IMG/VR virus record: IMGVR_UViG_3300032162_000004
Coordinates: 1-35,620 of that record
Strand: one strand, 5' to 3'
From: a virus
Lineage: Duplodnaviria > Caudoviricetes
DNA: 35,620 bases
Shown: in pieces, positions 34,096-35,620 of the stretch
Layout of the letters: the number at the start of each line of letters is the position of its first letter
How positions within the stretch are numbered: position 1 is the first letter of the stretch
The notes under the pieces: generated by a model
The model's database searches: none
Seen by the model: only the letters and a program-made list of their open reading frames with translations
What the model was told of the DNA's origin: nothing
Made by a program: the position numbers and the translations under genes

Positions 34096-35072
34096 GCGGC
34101 AGTCCGCCGCTCGGCCAGCATCGCCAGCACGGCGCGCCCGATGGCTTCTGCAACCTGCGGCACCACCGCATTGCCCAGCGCGGTCAGGCGCTCTTTGCGG
34201 TGCGGCTGGCGCGGCGCGGTGCGGGGGATGCCGCGCTCCCAAGTGGCGGAACGGTCCAGCCCGGCGGGAACCCCATCAGCAGTTCCACCCAATCCGCCGA
34301 GAGTGCCCCAGGCATTGTCCCGGACAACGGGCGACTGTTGCCTTGACGGCCCGTGCTGCACGATTTCCAATCGCAGGCCGTGGGAGTGGGATGTATCGCC
34401 ACTTTCGTTGCCAACCCATCGCCGCTGTTGGCCGACGCTCCATGCCGGTTGTAGTTGCCGCATACCGTGGGCGTCGGCCAGAGCGTCCGCGCCGAGACCG
34501 CCTTGATGAGCGTTCCGCCCTCCCGCGACTTCCGCGCCGTCACCCTTCCGCCCTTGGAAGCCAAACTGGCTGTCGGCGTCGGCCACGGCCGCAATCCAGA
34601 CCCGTGCGCGCTTGTGCGGGGCGCCGACATGGACAGCTCCCACCACTCCCGCCCACCAAGCGTAGCTGTGCGCTTCCAGGTCACCGCACACCCGGTCAGC
34701 GCCGCGAGTTCGCAGGTTAGGGCTGTTCTCAATGAGGACCAGCCGGGGTCGCACTTCCCCGATGATGCGGGCGTATTCGGACCAAAGCCCTGAGCGGGGA
34801 TCGTCCAGCCCGGCACCTTTACCTGCTGCGCTGATACCTTGGCAGGGAAAGCCGCCGCAGATGGCATCCACGGCAATTCCATCTGCTGCCAGGCGGGCGC
34901 CGGTAAGGGTCCGCACGTCGTCATAGCAGGGCACTCCGGGCCAATGCTTCGCCAGGATGGCGCGGGGGAAGGTTGCGTTTTCGCAGAAGGCGACGGTGCG
35001 GAAGCCTTGGGTTCTCTCCAACCCGAGGTCAAAGCCGCCAATCCCGCTGAACAGGGACAGGAGGCGCATCAT
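34092..35072 (-). CDS. C5 cytosine DNA methyltransferase, alpha chain (motifs I-VIII and X)
   Basis: LFSGIGG, GGFPCQ, IENS, PHKRARVW and ALGNAV; ATG at 35072 in an ATGA overlap. Confidence 0.93.
   Translation of the reverse strand: MMRLLSLFSGIGGFDLGLERTQGFRTVAFCENATFPRAILAKHWPGVPCYDDVRTLTGARLAADGIAVDAICGGFPCQGISAAGKGAGLDDPRSGLWSEYARIIGEVRPRLVLIENSPNLRTRGADRVCGDLEAHSYAWWAGVVGAVHVGAPHKRARVWIAAVADADSQFGFQGRKGDGAEVAGGRNAHQGGLGADALADAHGMRQLQPAWSVGQQRRWVGNESGDTSHSHGLRLEIVQHGPSRQQSPVVRDNAWGTLGGLGGTADGVPAGLDRSATWERGIPRTAPRQPHRKERLTALGNAVVPQVAEAIGRAVLAMLAERRTAA
34184..34924 (-). CDS. Methyltransferase beta chain (TRD-like repeats and motif IX) in an alternative frame
   Basis: Three PTPT repeats (WPTPT twice, HPTPT) and WVELLMGFPPGWT; GGAG upstream of the ATG at 34924. 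Confidence 0.75.
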   Translation of the reverse strand: MTTCGPLPAPAWQQMELPWMPSAAAFPAKVSAQQVKVPGWTIPAQGFGPNTPASSGKCDPGWSSLRTALTCELAALTGCAVTWKRTATLGGREWWELSMSAPRTSAHGSGLRPWPTPTASLASKGGRVTARKSREGGTLIKAVSARTLWPTPTVCGNYNRHGASANSGDGLATKVAIHPTPTACDWKSCSTGRQGNSRPLSGTMPGALSADWVELLMGFPPGWTVPPLGSAASPAPRRASRTAKSA

Positions 35073-35455
35073 GCCCGCGCCTTTCTGCGCTCGACGCCAT
35101 CCCAGGCAGCTACTGCTGCGACCGGGCATCCAGCACAATGAGCCGGTGAAGCGGCGGCGGCGGGTCCAGACGGTCCCCCACCCTGGCGAACCATATCGCC
35201 CGGCGCCGGAACCACTGCGCAAGCCGCCACTGTATTCGCATCAGTGCTCCATTCACCAAGCAGGCGGACCAGTTCCGCCCGCAGTTCAGCCGACTGCCGG
35301 GCCATGCTCAGCAGGGTGTCGGCATCGGGTCGAAACCGGCGCTGCACCCAGCCCTGGGCCGTGCGGACCGGACCAGCCGCCGCCTGCGCCGCGCGCTTGG
35401 CTGTGTGTTGCGGCCAAGCCGCACGAAACAGGTCAGCCGCCGTCAGAACGTGCAT
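35069..35455 (-). CDS. CII-like HTH phage regulator
   Basis: HTAKRAAQAAAGPVRTAQGW...PDADTLL; heads the early operon. Confidence 0.6.
   Translation of the reverse strand: MHVLTAADLFRAAWPQHTAKRAAQAAAGPVRTAQGWVQRRFRPDADTLLSMARQSAELRAELVRLLGEWSTDANTVAACAVVPAPGDMVRQGGGPSGPAAAASPAHCAGCPVAAVAAWDGVERRKARA
35110..35241 (-). CDS. Candidate 43-aa Trp/Arg-rich protein overlapping the 3' half of the CII-like gene
   Basis: GGAG-N5-ATG; MRIQWRLAQWFRRRAIWFARVGDRLDPPPPLHRLIVLDARSQQ. Confidence 0.4.
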   Translation of the reverse strand: MRIQWRLAQWFRRRAIWFARVGDRLDPPPPLHRLIVLDARSQQ

Positions 35456-35620
35456 TCACGTCCCCGATCATGTTGATGGTGGACCGATAGAGGCGCTTTG
35501 TTCCTGGCGTTCACCACGGCGCCCACTCGGACAGGACCATGACGACCATCACCAGCACCGCATCAGCCTGCATGAGTGGCCACCAACTTGGCCCGCAGCC
35601 GCTCGCTCAACTGCGGACGC

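Larger units (their letters stand above)
1..35620 (-). mobile_element. Phage or prophage segment, P22-like short-tailed morphotype, extending beyond both window ends
   Basis: Co-oriented TerS-TerL-portal-scaffold-MCP-adaptor-nozzle-ejection genes preceded by a lambdoid-style early/replication block; no tape measure or tail tube gene. Confidence 0.95.

Noticed and set aside
34092-35222. ORF-track N-terminal extensions (MTase, TerL, cupin, wHTH, BppU-like and others)
   Set aside because: Downstream starts fit stop/start overlaps and family N-termini better
104-35490. Many long plus-strand ORFs (e.g. 17976..19052, 11499..12233, 33166..34506)
   Set aside because: Antisense shadows of GC-rich minus-strand genes; Arg/Ala/Pro-rich with no recognisable motifs
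1-35620. CRISPR array, tRNA, rRNA, reverse transcriptase/DGR, integrase, att site, lysis cassette
   Set aside because: No repeat-spacer array, cloverleaf or matching protein motifs seen by eye; integrase and lysis genes may lie outside the window
35456-35620. Short ORFs at the right edge
   Set aside because: Too short or truncated to choose a frame

Overview
A 35.6-kb slice of a GC-rich, probably temperate, short-tailed (P22-like/podoviral) phage or prophage. The GapR gene, receiver-less OmpR domain and PEP-CTERM tag point to an alphaproteobacterial host; Acetobacteraceae is my guess. Nearly all genes are on the minus strand and translationally coupled (ATGA/TGATG/TAATG overlaps). Read right to left, the early/replication block has a CII-like HTH, a C5 DNA methyltransferase, an OmpR-type wHTH, a PEP-CTERM protein, GapR, a RuvC-like nuclease, an HNH, a DUF1376 initiator with a probable origin, and small ORFs. 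Next come an IS1595 scar, a GIY-YIG-like gene, a NusG/RfaH-family antiterminator, TerS, TerL, an HNH, portal, scaffold, an N4-gp56-like capsid, adaptor, tail appendages, a gp10-like nozzle, three ejection proteins (one with an SLT domain) and a terminal fibre cluster with a GH26 enzyme. I see no tape measure, tail tube, integrase or lysis genes in the window. The most unusual items are: (1) a 530-aa head-tail adaptor built as five N-halves followed by five C-halves, consistent with nested domain insertion; (2) a PEP-CTERM exosortase substrate in the phage early operon; (3) a methyltransferase split over two overlapping frames; (4) a beta-helix tailspike with an apparent Sec signal peptide; (5) several overprinted or tiny coupled ORFs. 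All family calls come from motif recognition by eye, not database searches.
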